Source: Methanomassiliicoccaceae archaeon | Lineage (GTDB): Archaea; Thermoplasmatota; Thermoplasmata; Methanomassiliicoccales; UBA472 | Direction of reading: 5' to 3' | NCBI GenBank assembly: GCA_963827135.1 | Contig: CAWGZX010000005.1 | Span: forward strand, 123,435 to 187,434 | Length of the DNA stretch: 64,000 nucleotides | Shown here: piece by piece, positions 1 to 10,110 of the stretch | Position numbering within the stretch: the first letter of the stretch is position 1 | Layout: each line of letters begins with the position of its first letter | Notes under the pieces: generated by a model | Databases searched by the model: none | Seen by the model: only the letters and a program-made list of their open reading frames with translations | Told to the model about the DNA's origin: nothing | Position numbers and translations under genes: made by a program

Positions 1-202
1 CTGCCTTGTTATAGAGCGCAAGAACCTCCTCAACCTTGACCTTGGGGACCAGGGCCGCAGCCTCGGCCTTGAAGAAGTAGGCATCTGGGTTATTGGGGCT
101 CGCCTTGATGGCCTTGTCGAACTTGCCCAAGGCCTGCTGGTACTCCCCATCGCTCATCAATTGCTGTCCCTGCTGAATCAGCTTCTCAGCATCGTCTGCC
201 AT
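1..202 (-). CDS. TPR-repeat protein, N-terminal part (gene runs off left edge)
   Basis: ATG at 202..200 on minus strand. My translation is MADDAEKLIQQGQQLMSDGEYQQALGKFDKAIKASPNNPDAYFFKAEAA..., a TPR-like helix pair. Absent from the ORF track because it is truncated. Confidence 0.5.
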   Translation of the reverse strand, partial: MADDAEKLIQQGQQLMSDGEYQQALGKFDKAIKASPNNPDAYFFKAEAAALVPKVKVEEVLALYNKA

Positions 203-429
203 CTAAGCACCATCGCCAATGAAAGTGAGGGGCGCAGATAAACGTTTTCATGTGGATGCACTTTTTATGATTAGCATTCAGTAATGTTTTCTTTCAAGAG
301 GGGACTGGAATGGTGAAGGCATTGGAGGACGTCTCGATCAGCCGAATCAGCCAAGGATTTTATAGAACGGTGCGATAATCATCTCGTCCATCTCATCATG
401 CTTGTAAAACGATTCTGGAGGCGGCATTC

Positions 430-702
430 ATGGATATCGAGACGGTGCGAAAGGTAGCCCGGGTGGCAAGGCTCAGGCTCACTCCGAGCGAGGAACTTCA
501 ATTCGCACAGGACCTGGAGGAGGTTTTGCAATACTTCTCTTTGCTGGACGAGGCGCCTCAGGTCGAAACGCATGACTTCAATCCTGTGAGGGTGGCCGAT
601 GTCCTCAGGGAGGATGAGCCCTCCCAGGACGTGAACGCAGAAAAGCTGCGGGACTCCATGGACACTTACGAAGATATGGTCAGGGGGCCAAGGCTCTCAT
701 GA
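430..702 (+). CDS. gatC: Asp/Glu-tRNA amidotransferase subunit C
   Basis: 90-aa ORF with a GatC-like sequence. ATGA overlap with the gatA start at 699. GGAGG upstream. Confidence 0.85.
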   Translation: MDIETVRKVARVARLRLTPSEELQFAQDLEEVLQYFSLLDEAPQVETHDFNPVRVADVLREDEPSQDVNAEKLRDSMDTYEDMVRGPRLS

Positions 703-2036
703 GCTGCCTCCCTACGCCAGAGAGGTTGATTCGGCTCAACGAACGCTACGTGATCTTCAGCGAGCTGGCGCAGGACCTCACTGGCCTTCAGGAATACCCT
801 CCCAGGCCGACTTTCTCGGCCAAGGATAACCTGTGCGCCGATGGCTTTCAAGCCAGGGCAGGTTCGAGGATATTGGATGGTTACCGGCCTCCTTTCGACG
901 CTACCTCTGTCCATAAGATGCGGCAGGAGGGCATGCTGCTCATCGGCAAGACCAATATGGATGAGTTCGGATTCGGCACCTTCAGCACCAATTCTGGCTA
1001 TGGCGTCCCGCGTAACCCCTTCGATGAGGAGCGAGCCTGCGGAGGCAGCAGCGGAGGAGCGGCGGCCGCGACCAGCCTTCTAGAAGGGCATGTCGCCCTC
1101 GGAGTGTCCACAGGTGGCTCCATCTCCTGCCCGGCGAGCTTTTGCGGCGTTCTCGGTCTCACCCCCACCTACGGACGCGTGTCCAGATACGGTCTGATCG
1201 ACTACGGCAACTCCTTGGACAAGGTGGGCTTCATGACCAGGGACGCCGCCTCCTTGCGTACCTGGCTTCCGATAATCTCGGGGGCGGACCCCAAGGACCC
1301 AACTTCCTGCGTGCAGCCAGCGCTCGACCTCACCGCCAGAAACGTGGAGCGGGTCGCGGTCCCCAAGGAGGCGATGCAGAACCTCTCCAGCGGAGTGGAG
1401 TCCAAGTTTTCGGAGGCGCTCCGCTCGCTGCAGGAGGAGCATGACATCCTCATCGATGAGGTATCGATGCCCTCGCTGCGCTTCGCCCTCTCCGCCTACT
1501 ATGTGCTGGCCACGTCCGAGGCCTCGACCAACCTCGCCCGCTATTCCGGCATGAGGTACGGGGTGCGCAACAGCAACATCTCGCAGCACTTCAACGACTT
1601 TTTCACCGAGACCAGGAGCGCCAGTTTCGGGACCGAGGCCAAGCGGAGGATCCTTCTAGGGACCTACGCGCGCATGGTCGGTTTCCGCGACCGCTACTAC
1701 ATGAAGGCCTTGGCCGTGAGACAACTGGTGATCTCGGAGTACAAGCGCGTGCTCCAGGACCATGACCTCGTGCTCACCCCGACGATGCCGTTCATCGCCC
1801 CCAAGTTCTCGGAGATAGAGAGGATGAGGCCTTTGGAGGCGTACCAGGCCGACTTCCTTACCGTCCCGCCGAACCTTGCCGGGCTACCACATCTCAGCTT
1901 ACCATGCGGCTACGTAGAGGGCATGCCGGTGGGAATGCAAGCGGTCGCCTCTCATTGGGAGGAGAGGGGCTTGCTCGACATGGCGGACCGATGGACCTCC
2001 AAGTTCCAGATGAGGTTCCCGGAGGTGTCCGTATGA
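699..2036 (+). CDS. gatA: Asp/Glu-tRNA amidotransferase subunit A (amidase family)
   Basis: 445 aa with amidase signature GGSSGGAAAA. Coupled to gatC and gatB by ATGA overlaps. Confidence 0.93.
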   Translation: MSCLPTPERLIRLNERYVIFSELAQDLTGLQEYPPRPTFSAKDNLCADGFQARAGSRILDGYRPPFDATSVHKMRQEGMLLIGKTNMDEFGFGTFSTNSGYGVPRNPFDEERACGGSSGGAAAATSLLEGHVALGVSTGGSISCPASFCGVLGLTPTYGRVSRYGLIDYGNSLDKVGFMTRDAASLRTWLPIISGADPKDPTSCVQPALDLTARNVERVAVPKEAMQNLSSGVESKFSEALRSLQEEHDILIDEVSMPSLRFALSAYYVLATSEASTNLARYSGMRYGVRNSNISQHFNDFFTETRSASFGTEAKRRILLGTYARMVGFRDRYYMKALAVRQLVISEYKRVLQDHDLVLTPTMPFIAPKFSEIERMRPLEAYQADFLTVPPNLAGLPHLSLPCGYVEGMPVGMQAVASHWEERGLLDMADRWTSKFQMRFPEVSV

Positions 2037-3389
2037 GGATCGGGCTCGAAATCCATGTCCAGCTGCCGACGCGTTCCAAGCTCTTCTGCTCCTGCCCCAC
2101 CACGGCCGAGGAGCCTAACTCCGCGGTCTGCCCGACCTGCCTCGGCTTCCCGGGCTCGAGACCGGTGCTCAACCGAAAGGCGCTGGAGATGGCGGTGCAG
2201 ATCGCCCGCTTCCTGCAATGCCGCATGGCCTCGGAGATCTGGTTCTCAAGGAAGACCTATTTCTATCCCGACCTGCCGAAGCATTTCCAGATAACGCAGT
2301 ACGATTCGCCGGTGGGGGTGAACGGCAACTTCGTCGTCGGAGGGAGGCCGATAGGCATCTGGCGAGTGCACGTGGAGGAGGACCCGGGGAGGATCAAGCG
2401 CGTCGGCCGCCCCGGAGAGGAGGTCTCCCTGATCGACTACAACCGCTCCGGCATTCCTTTGGTGGAGATCGTCACCGCCCCCGACCTGAGCTCGCCGGAC
2501 GAGGCCCGCAACTTCCTCACCGAGCTGCTGGTCGAGCTCCGGCACATCATCGGGACCAGCGCCAGCGACGAGCAGAGCGTGCGAGCCGATGCCAACCTCT
2601 CCATCGGGGAGGAAAGGGTGGAGGTCAAGAACGTCCAGGGCCTGAGGAACCTGGAGAGGGCGCTCAAGTTCGAGGCCAGCCGTCAGCAGAAGCTGCTCGA
2701 GGCCGGCATGAAGGTCGTGCGCGAGACCCGGCGCTTCGACGAGGAGCGCAAGGTGACGCTGTCGGCCAGGGAGAAGGAGCTCGAGGAGGATTACGGTTAC
2801 ATAGGCAGAGCCGGACCTGGGGGTCTACGACCTGACCAAAATACTGGCCGCGCTTCCTGAGGTGGAGACCCCTCTGAGGAGGGCGCAGCGCATGTCCGCT
2901 CACTACGTCGTCGACTATGACAAGGCCAGGCAGGTGGTCCTGACCTCGATGGCCATGGCCGACCTGTTCGAGGCCTTAGCTAACGTGATCGAGCCGGAGG
3001 TGGCGATGAACTGGATCCTTGGCCCCATATCGGCGAGCTGGGGGCAGCTGCTGCCCCGCCTGAGCGACCAGGTCACCAAGGACGTGGTCGAGGTCGTGCA
3101 GCTGGTGGTCGGCAGGCAGATCACCGACTCCGAGGGGCGCAGGCGCATCGGGGCCATCGCCGCAGGCGAGTGCCCCACGGACATCTCCTGCGCCGTCCAG
3201 GACGAGCTCCTGGAATCGCTCATCTCCGAATACATTGACGCTCATCCACAGGTGCTGAAGGACTACTCTTCCAACCCCAAGGCGGCGAACGCGGTCATAG
3301 GGCATGTGATGAAGGTCGCCAAGGGCAAGTACAACTCGCAAGAGGTCGTCGAGGCGACGAAGAAAGAAATCGAGAGAAGGAAGGGTTGA
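2033..3389 (+). CDS. gatB: Asp/Glu-tRNA amidotransferase subunit B, interrupted by a 1-nt frame break near 2807
   Basis: ATG 2033 (MRIGLEIHVQLPT..CSCPT). Frame 2 reads ..EEDYGYIG to 2806. Homology continues in frame 0 from 2808 (EPDLGVYDLTK...) to TGA 3387-3389. Frame 0 has TAG at 2802-2804, so the break is pinned to 2805-2807. Confidence 0.88.
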
Positions 3390-5223
3390 TCACCCCTCCT
3401 TCTTCTCCTCCTCGGCGATGCTGATGAGCATGAGCTCCTGCAGCTTCGACTGATCCACCTTCGCCGGAGATCCATCCACCAACGATTGGAACTTCTTGTT
3501 CTTGGGGAAGGCGATCACGTCGCGTATGCTCTCGCACCCCAGGAGGATGGATACCACCCGGTCCATCCCCAAGGCGATTCCGCCGTGAGGCGGAGCTCCG
3601 AACTCTAAGGCCTCGAGGAAGAAGGAGAACTCGCGCTCCATGGCCTCCTCGCTCATCCCCAAGTGCTTGAAGACCTTCCTCTGGACGTTGGCATCGTGGT
3701 TGCGGATCGAGCCCGACCCGATCTCGCTGCCGTCGAGCACCAGGTCGTAGGAGAGCCCCATGACCTTGGTCATGTCGCCCGAGGATGGCAGGTCTCCCTC
3801 CACCGGCCTCACGAAGGGATGGTGGAAGGCGGAGAGCTTCCCGGTCACCGGGTCGGCTTGGAAGAGAGGGACAGTCGACGATCCAAACGAACTGGTGGCC
3901 TTTGCCCTCGAGTAGGGTGTTGTCGCGGGCCAGCTTCATGCGCAACGCGCCACCCGCCTTCAAGGTCGCCATCCTTGGGCCGGCCAGGAACAGCAATAGG
4001 TCCCCGACCTCAGCCCCCATCTTCTCCTGCAGCTTTCGGCGCACTTCCTCGGGGAAGTACTTGACGATGTTGGACTCCAGCCCTTGTGGGGTGCAGCGCA
4101 TCCAGGTCAGACCGCCCATCCCCTGCTGCTTGGACCAATCGATCAGACGGTCGACCTCCTTCCTCCCGACGCCGGCGAACTCTTGATCCTTCTCCTTGAC
4201 CAGTGAGGCCTTGAGGTTGATGCAGACCACCGCGGACCCTTTTTTCGAGAGGATCTTCTGGAAGATCTCATAGTGGGCATGGCGGACGATCTCCGTGACC
4301 TCCGCCAGCTCCAGCGCGAATCGGGTGTCTGGAGCGTCGGTCCCGAAACGCGCCATCGAATCATGGTACGAAAGGCGGGGGAAGGGAGTCGGCAGTTCCT
4401 CATTGTAAATGGACATCCAAACGCTCCTGAGCACCCTCTCCATGATCTCTTGGACGTCCCGCTCCTCCACGAAGGACATCTCCACGTCCATCTGGGTGAA
4501 CTCCGGCTGGCGATCGGCCCGGGAGTCCTCGTCGCGGAAGCAACGCGCGAACTGGTAGTAGCGCTCCACGCTCCCCACCATCAGCATCTGCTTGAAGAGC
4601 TGGGGGCTCTGGGGGAGGGCGTAGAAATGGCCAGGCTGGATCCTGGAAGGGACGAGGAAGTCCCTGGCGCCCTCGGCAGTGGACCGGGTGAGCATGGGCG
4701 TCTCCACATCCATGAACCCCATCCCGTTCAAGGCCTCCCTGGCCGCTGCGAAGAGCCGAGCCCGGAACCTGAGATTGCCCATCATCTGCGACCTTCTCAG
4801 GTCCAAGTAACGGTAGCGGATGCGCAGGTCCTCATTCGGCAGCATGGAGTTCTTCTGGTCGGCGACTTCGAACGGTATGGCCTTGGAAGTGCTGAGCACG
4901 ACGGCGTTCTCCATGAGCACCTCGACCATCCCGGTGGGATTGCGGGGGTCCTCCGTCCCGGGGACCCTCTCCCTGACCACCCCCATGGCCTGTACCACAT
5001 ACTCGCGACCTATGCTATTGAGAGTCTCCGAGAGGCTTTTCTGGTCAATCTCCTGCCTCAGGGCCTCGGGGTCGAACACCAGCTGGGTGGTGCCATTCGA
5101 GTCGGCCAGGTCGAAGAAGAGCACTCCGCCGTGATCGCGGCGGAATCGCACCCATCCGGCCAAGGTGACTCGCTTCCCGAGGTCCTCCGATCTTAGCTTG
5201 CCACAATCGTGCGTGCGCAACAT
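3390..5223 (-). CDS. aspS: Aspartyl-tRNA synthetase, long bacterial-type architecture, interrupted by a 1-nt frame break near 3868-3875
   Basis: ATG 5223 ([11 protein letters not shown]). Class II motifs [16 protein letters not shown]. Large insertion domain between motifs 2 and 3. After ..GHQFVWIVD the homologous frame ([19 protein letters not shown]...GGIALGMDR) is the 3390..3848 ORF frame. Confidence 0.88.
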
Positions 5224-5398
5224 CTTCACAGGCCTCTGGAAACTACGGTAGGCGTGGAAATATGGAGAGGATTATTAACACTTTGCCCACTGAAGGGCGC
5301 CTCCTACAGGAAGATGGCATCATGAGCCAGTTAAATCGCCACTTGTCAAGATTTCAATAAGTAATTGAAGGAAATCCAATTGTTCTAGGACATGCCCT

Positions 5399-5881
5399 TC
5401 ATCTTTCCATGTCGCTGGACTCCCCGAACCTAGGCATGAACTGGAATGGATCCTTTATCATGTTCAGCACGACATAGGTGTTGGTCTTCTTCACGCCCTT
5501 GATCTGGAGCATGGACTTGATGACGGCGCTGAACTCCTCACGGTTCTTGCACGCCACCCAGGCGATCGAATCGCATTCGCCAGTGACGTCGAACACCGCC
5601 ACGACGTCCTTGAGGGACTTTATCCTCTGCTGGATGTCCAGAAGGTCTCCCTCAACATAGACATGAACGATGGCCATGAACTCGTATCCTAACTTGAGAT
5701 AGTCGACATGGGCCCTGTATCCATGGATTATGCCCAGTTCCTCGAGGTTCTTCACTCTCTGGATCAATGTGGTGGGATGGATGCCAAGGCGTTTGGCTAT
5801 CTGACGGTACGACCCCTGGCTGGATGTGCACAACTCCTGGATGATTCGCTTGTCTAGGTCGTCTATGTTACTGCTGGACAT
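5399..5881 (-). CDS. Lrp/AsnC family transcriptional regulator
   Basis: HTH (SYRQIAKRLGIHPTTLIQRVKNLEELGII) plus a C-terminal RAM/AsnC domain. ATG at 5881; the ORF-track start at 5890 is TTG. Confidence 0.85.
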   Translation of the reverse strand: MSSSNIDDLDKRIIQELCTSSQGSYRQIAKRLGIHPTTLIQRVKNLEELGIIHGYRAHVDYLKLGYEFMAIVHVYVEGDLLDIQQRIKSLKDVVAVFDVTGECDSIAWVACKNREEFSAVIKSMLQIKGVKKTNTYVVLNMIKDPFQFMPRFGESSDMER

Positions 5882-5985
5882 CGGTCTCAACTCCCGAAAG
5901 AATGGTTAATGTAATGGAGCATTGGATATTTGTCTGTTTTTCTCAAGTACTCACGATACATTTGTCGAATACAAAATGAGCCAGC

Positions 5986-6540
5986 TCATTTTATTATATA
6001 ATTTTCCCATATAAAAATATGATTACAGTGGTTATCCCCTTGCATAATCGTCCTGGTCCTGGAAATTCGTAGGCGGGGGTTGTAGGCACGGACCATCTCG
6101 TGGTCGCAATTGCAGCACATTAGGTACCCAGCCTCGACATCCCCCAATTTCTTGAAGGTCTCAGCCCAAAGGCAACGGGTGACGCGCATGGAGAGGTGGT
6201 CAGTGCCCTCCTCGACTATCTCCGAATCCTGCGTACCTTCCCAAAGAGGGGTGGAGATGACCTTGTGCCAGAGGGCTTTGAAGTCCTGGAAGTTATCGAT
6301 CTTTCCGAACCTGGCCACGTGCCCCTCCCCAACCTTACGACCATAACGTTCGCCAGCACGCCTGAGGATTGCGAGTGCCTTCTCCCTTCCCATCTCCTGC
6401 TCCATCTGCGCAAATAGGTTGTAGGGGATTTCATGGATATCCTTAAGATAGTCCCGATAGGACATGCTCAGGAATTCCTTAGCATTACGATTGCCTTCCG
6501 ATCTTACCATGGGCTTCTCCGGGACAGAGGATTGGACCAT
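5986..6540 (-). CDS. ATC-hydrolase-like family protein (L-2-amino-thiazoline-4-carboxylate hydrolase fold), function unknown
   Basis: C-terminal pattern RCLWAETF..GYLMCCNCDHEMV..NPRL..RTRTIMQGDNHCNHIF recalls the ATC_hydrolase family. GC lower than neighbours. Confidence 0.5.
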   Translation of the reverse strand: MVQSSVPEKPMVRSEGNRNAKEFLSMSYRDYLKDIHEIPYNLFAQMEQEMGREKALAILRRAGERYGRKVGEGHVARFGKIDNFQDFKALWHKVISTPLWEGTQDSEIVEEGTDHLSMRVTRCLWAETFKKLGDVEAGYLMCCNCDHEMVRAYNPRLRISRTRTIMQGDNHCNHIFIWENYIIK

Positions 6541-6603
6541 CCTATGATATCACCTTTTTCATTCCCCAAGATGTTTTAGAAGGGGAGCGCCATTTGTGAG
6601 AGG

Positions 6604-7793
6604 ATGACGCGCCTGCTCTACGAGACCGACCCTTATCTAACGAAATTCGACGCCACGGTCGTAAAGGTTCAAGGCGAATGGGTCGTCCTGGACCGTTCAG
6701 CCTTCTTCCCTGGGGGTGGAGGTCAGGAGCATGACACAGGTTGGATGGGAGGATTCGAAGTCAGCTCGGTCAAGTCGCAGGTGGGAGAGGTTCTTCATCA
6801 AGTAACAGGGAACAACCTTGCCATCGGTGACAAAGTGGATTGCGAGATCGATTGGGAGCGAAGGTACGACCTCATGCGCGGTCATTCTGGCGAGCATCTC
6901 CTTTTTCCATCCTCGTAAGGCTGTGCCCAGATATCGAGCTGGTGAAGATTGCCATCACTCCTGGAAAGAAGAGCCTGGTGGTGAAGGGGATGCTCGACTG
7001 GCCGATGATGGCCCAAGCACAACAGCTCGTGAACGAATCCATCGCCGCACAGCTGCCGATCACCGAGGCATGGGTCTCGAAGGATTCTGACGCGATAAAA
7101 GAGATCAGGATCAAAATGGACCGGATCCACGGCGACAAGGTCCGCATAGTGAACATCGGGGATATCGATAAGGCCGCCTGCGCTGGGGTGCATATCCAGA
7201 ACACCCGAGAACTGAAGATGGTCCTGGTGACGAAACTCACCTCGGCGCGCCCCGTTGGCGATTACGAGATAGAGTTCGAGACCGGAAGGCGGGCCATGCA
7301 GACCGCACTATGGCTCTCCAACGTTGGCCTTCAAGCGGCAGAGCTGGTAAAGGCACAACCCGAGCACCTGGTTAACGCATTGGCCAATCTCAAGGGAGAG
7401 CTGCAGATCGCTAAGGATGCAGTAAGAGAATATGGAGAACAGGCGCTCGCCCGGCTTGAACCGGAGAAGGTCTCAGGAGTCCGCCTCTTCTCCGGCATCT
7501 TCCAGGGATTGGACAAGAGGACGCTGGTGGATGCGGTCAACGATCTTGTCAAAGGCGAAAGGACCGTCGCTATAATGGCCTCGGTCGATGAGCGGTTGAT
7601 GCTGGTGGTTGCCATCAGCAAGGACCTTGAACTTGACTGCCGCGAGCTGCTCGGGGATGGCCTGAGGGCGGTCGATGGGAAAGGGGGTGGTGGCAAGAAC
7701 TTCGCCTCTGGAGGAGCCGTCGATCCTACGAGGGCCAAGGATGCGTTGGATGCGGCCCGGAAAGGATTGCTGCAGAGGTTGAGCGGGGCATAA
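6604..7793 (+). CDS. alaX: Alanyl-tRNA editing protein AlaX, interrupted by a -1 frame break in a T5 run (6902-6906)
   Basis: The N-terminal 104-aa ORF ends ..MRGHSGEHLLF. It continues in the 6840..7793 frame as SILVRLCPD...CAGVHIQNT (HxxxH / CxxxH editing-site motifs). Confidence 0.85.
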
Positions 7794-7918
7794 TCACTTT
7801 TCTTAATATTCTTTATACAAATATCTAATAAAAGTATTATTTTTAATTCATTCGTCTAATAGTTTTCAAGAGTGTGCAATAGAAAGTTACTTTTATACCC
7901 TGTAAGATAGCCCAGGAC

Positions 7919-9271
7919 ATGACTTCACCGAAAGCCTTCAATGAGGTAAAGGAAGCCATCCTCAAGAAAGTCAAGGATGAGGATGTGCGCTTCATCGAGA
8001 TGCAGTTCTCGGACATCATCGGAATGGTAAAGAGCGTTTCGATACCTGTGACCAAGCTCGATAGGGCTATGGATGAGGGGGTCTTCATTGACGGGTCATC
8101 GATCCTTGGATACGCGACCATCGAAGAGAGCGATATGCGGGCTCAGCCCATCCTAGAGACCTTCCAGATATACCCATGGACCTGCGATTCACCCATGAAG
8201 ACGGCACGCTTCATGTGCAACATCTACGACCACAACGGCAACCGCTTCAAAGGCGATCCCCGCTGGGTATTGGAGAAGATGATCGACAAGGCCAAGGAGA
8301 AGGGCTGGACCTTCAACGTGGGGCCGGAGTTCGAGTTCTTCCTCTTCAACATGGACGAGAAGGGCAACCCCGTCCCAGAGCCAGCGGACTCAGGGGGCTA
8401 CTTCGACCTCATGCCGCTGGACATCGGAGAGATGGTGCGCAAGGACATCGTTCTGGCCTTCGACACCATGCACTTCGACATGGAGGCGTCGCACCATGAG
8501 GTGGCACCCGGACAGCTAGAGGTGGACCTGCGCTATCAGAACGCCCTGACCATGGCTGATCGCATGATGACCCTGAAGTTCGGGGTCAAGACCATCGCCG
8601 CCCAGTACGGCCTCTATGCCACCTTCATGCCCAAGCCCTTGTTCGGCGTGAACGGGTCGGGCATGCACGTGCACCAGAGCCTGGCACAGATAGAGGGAAA
8701 GAACGTGTTCGATGATCCTAGCGGAAAGTACGGACTAAGCGACGTGGCCATGAAGTATCTCGGCGGGCTGCTGACGCATGCTCAGGAGATCTGTGTGATC
8801 CTGGCATCCCATGTCAACTCCTACAAGCGCCTAGTGCCGGGGTATGAGGCTCCATGCTACATATCCTGGGCAAACATGAACAGGTCCGCCCTCATCCGCG
8901 TGCCAGCTGGTCGCGGGAGCCGGACCAGGGTCGAGCTGCGCAACCCCGACCCCTCAGGCAACCCCTACCTGCAATTCGCAGTGATGCTGGCTGCGGGCTT
9001 GGACGGGATCGAGAGGAACCTCGCTCCACCAGAACCCGTGGAGAAGGACATCTACCATATGACTAAGGACGAGCGCAAGAGGCTAGGCATCAACTCGCTC
9101 CCCGAGTCGCTAGGACAAGCGCTAGAGATCTTCTCCCAGAGCAAGCTGATGAAGGAGGTACTGGGCGACCACATCTTCTCCCACTATATGCATATCAAGA
9201 CCGCGGACTGGGACGAGTACCGCACCTGGGTCAGCGACTGGGAACAGAAGAAATATCTCAAGGTGCTGTAA
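7919..9271 (+). CDS. glnA: Glutamine synthetase type I
   Basis: 450 aa with typical GS-I sequence (..GSGMHVHQSL.., NPYL). Confidence 0.95.
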   Translation: MTSPKAFNEVKEAILKKVKDEDVRFIEMQFSDIIGMVKSVSIPVTKLDRAMDEGVFIDGSSILGYATIEESDMRAQPILETFQIYPWTCDSPMKTARFMCNIYDHNGNRFKGDPRWVLEKMIDKAKEKGWTFNVGPEFEFFLFNMDEKGNPVPEPADSGGYFDLMPLDIGEMVRKDIVLAFDTMHFDMEASHHEVAPGQLEVDLRYQNALTMADRMMTLKFGVKTIAAQYGLYATFMPKPLFGVNGSGMHVHQSLAQIEGKNVFDDPSGKYGLSDVAMKYLGGLLTHAQEICVILASHVNSYKRLVPGYEAPCYISWANMNRSALIRVPAGRGSRTRVELRNPDPSGNPYLQFAVMLAAGLDGIERNLAPPEPVEKDIYHMTKDERKRLGINSLPESLGQALEIFSQSKLMKEVLGDHIFSHYMHIKTADWDEYRTWVSDWEQKKYLKVL

Positions 9272-9316
9272 GGCGCTCAGGTTTCCAGCAAACCCCTTCC
9301 CTGCCCTTTCTCATAC

Positions 9317-9322
9317 TTTTTT
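9317..9322 (+). terminator. Oligo-T tract downstream of glnA (may double as an AT-rich promoter element for nac)
   Basis: TTTTTT followed by AAAAA, 46 nt after the glnA stop. Archaeal terminators are typically oligo-T. Confidence 0.3.
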
Positions 9323-9366
9323 AAAAAGGTTTAATAGACGCTGCTGTTTTGTCATTCCCCGTTACT

Positions 9367-9756
9367 ATGATGCCAGGGACGCGCGGGATGAACCAACGGC
9401 AGGTCAAACAGGCCATGAAGAAGATGGGCATCCAGACCGAGGAACTGAAGGATGTCGTCGAGGTCATCATCCGCACCAAGGACAAGCAGTATGTCATCAC
9501 GGACGCAGAGGTCACCATGATGAAGGTCCAAGGCCAGAAGACCTTCCAGGTTGTGGGGGAAGACAAGATCGTGCCATTGGATTATTCTTCCAAGCCCGCT
9601 GAGAGCAAATCCGCGCCCGCTCAGCCCACCATACCCGAAGAGGACGTGCAGCTGGTAATGAGCCAGACCGGGGCGACGAGAGAGAGGGCTTTGGAGGCCT
9701 TGAGCGCATGCGACGGCCAACCAGCAGAGGCCATCATCAAGCTGATGTCCTCATGA
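9367..9756 (+). CDS. nac: Nascent polypeptide-associated complex protein (NAC + UBA domains)
   Basis: MMPGTRGMNQRQVKQAMKKMGI.. NAC domain with a C-terminal UBA-like tail. ATG at 9367; the ORF-track start at 9349 is TTG. Confidence 0.88.
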   Translation: MMPGTRGMNQRQVKQAMKKMGIQTEELKDVVEVIIRTKDKQYVITDAEVTMMKVQGQKTFQVVGEDKIVPLDYSSKPAESKSAPAQPTIPEEDVQLVMSQTGATRERALEALSACDGQPAEAIIKLMSS

Positions 9757-9765
9757 GGTGTTAGC

Positions 9766-9993
9766 ATGTGTCTCGCGGTGCCAGGTAAGATTGTCTCGGT
9801 CAACGGCCAGAACGCCCTCATCGATTTCGGCGGGGTGCAAAGAGAGGCCAACGTCTCCCTGATCGAGCCCAAGGTGGGTGATTACGTCATTGTCCATGCC
9901 GGCTTCGCCATCCAGGTCGTGGACGAGGAGGAGGCCAAGGAGACGATAAAGCTCTGGGAGGAGCTCATGGCCTCGCAAGAGCAGGAAGGCTGA
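9766..9993 (+). CDS. hypC: Hydrogenase maturation chaperone HypC/HupF family
   Basis: 75 aa starting MCLAVPGKIV.., the canonical HypC N-terminus. Confidence 0.88.
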   Translation: MCLAVPGKIVSVNGQNALIDFGGVQREANVSLIEPKVGDYVIVHAGFAIQVVDEEEAKETIKLWEELMASQEQEG

Positions 9994-10110
9994 GAGGACA
10001 CGTCACGATATTCGCATCGTTCATTAGTCGCTCGATAAGTTTTATAGCGTGGGCGCTCCCCCATCCTATCCGCGTGCTTGCTTTCAGGTCGCTGGTTAGG
10101 AGGCAGAGAG

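Noticed and set aside
3295-3389. aspS ORF apparently extending antisense into gatB (644-aa ORF).
   Set aside because: This is a read-on artefact of the aspS frame break. The true C-terminus ends at 3390 in the other frame.
4273-5196. 307-aa ORF antisense to aspS. There are many similar long antisense or off-frame ORFs (e.g. 13047-13862, 17622-18230, 21759-22658, 33244-33966, 43905-45086, 46182-47171, 58233-59018).
   Set aside because: They show a low-complexity R/G/P/H-rich composition typical of non-coding frames in GC-rich DNA. Each fully overlaps a gene with strong family motifs.
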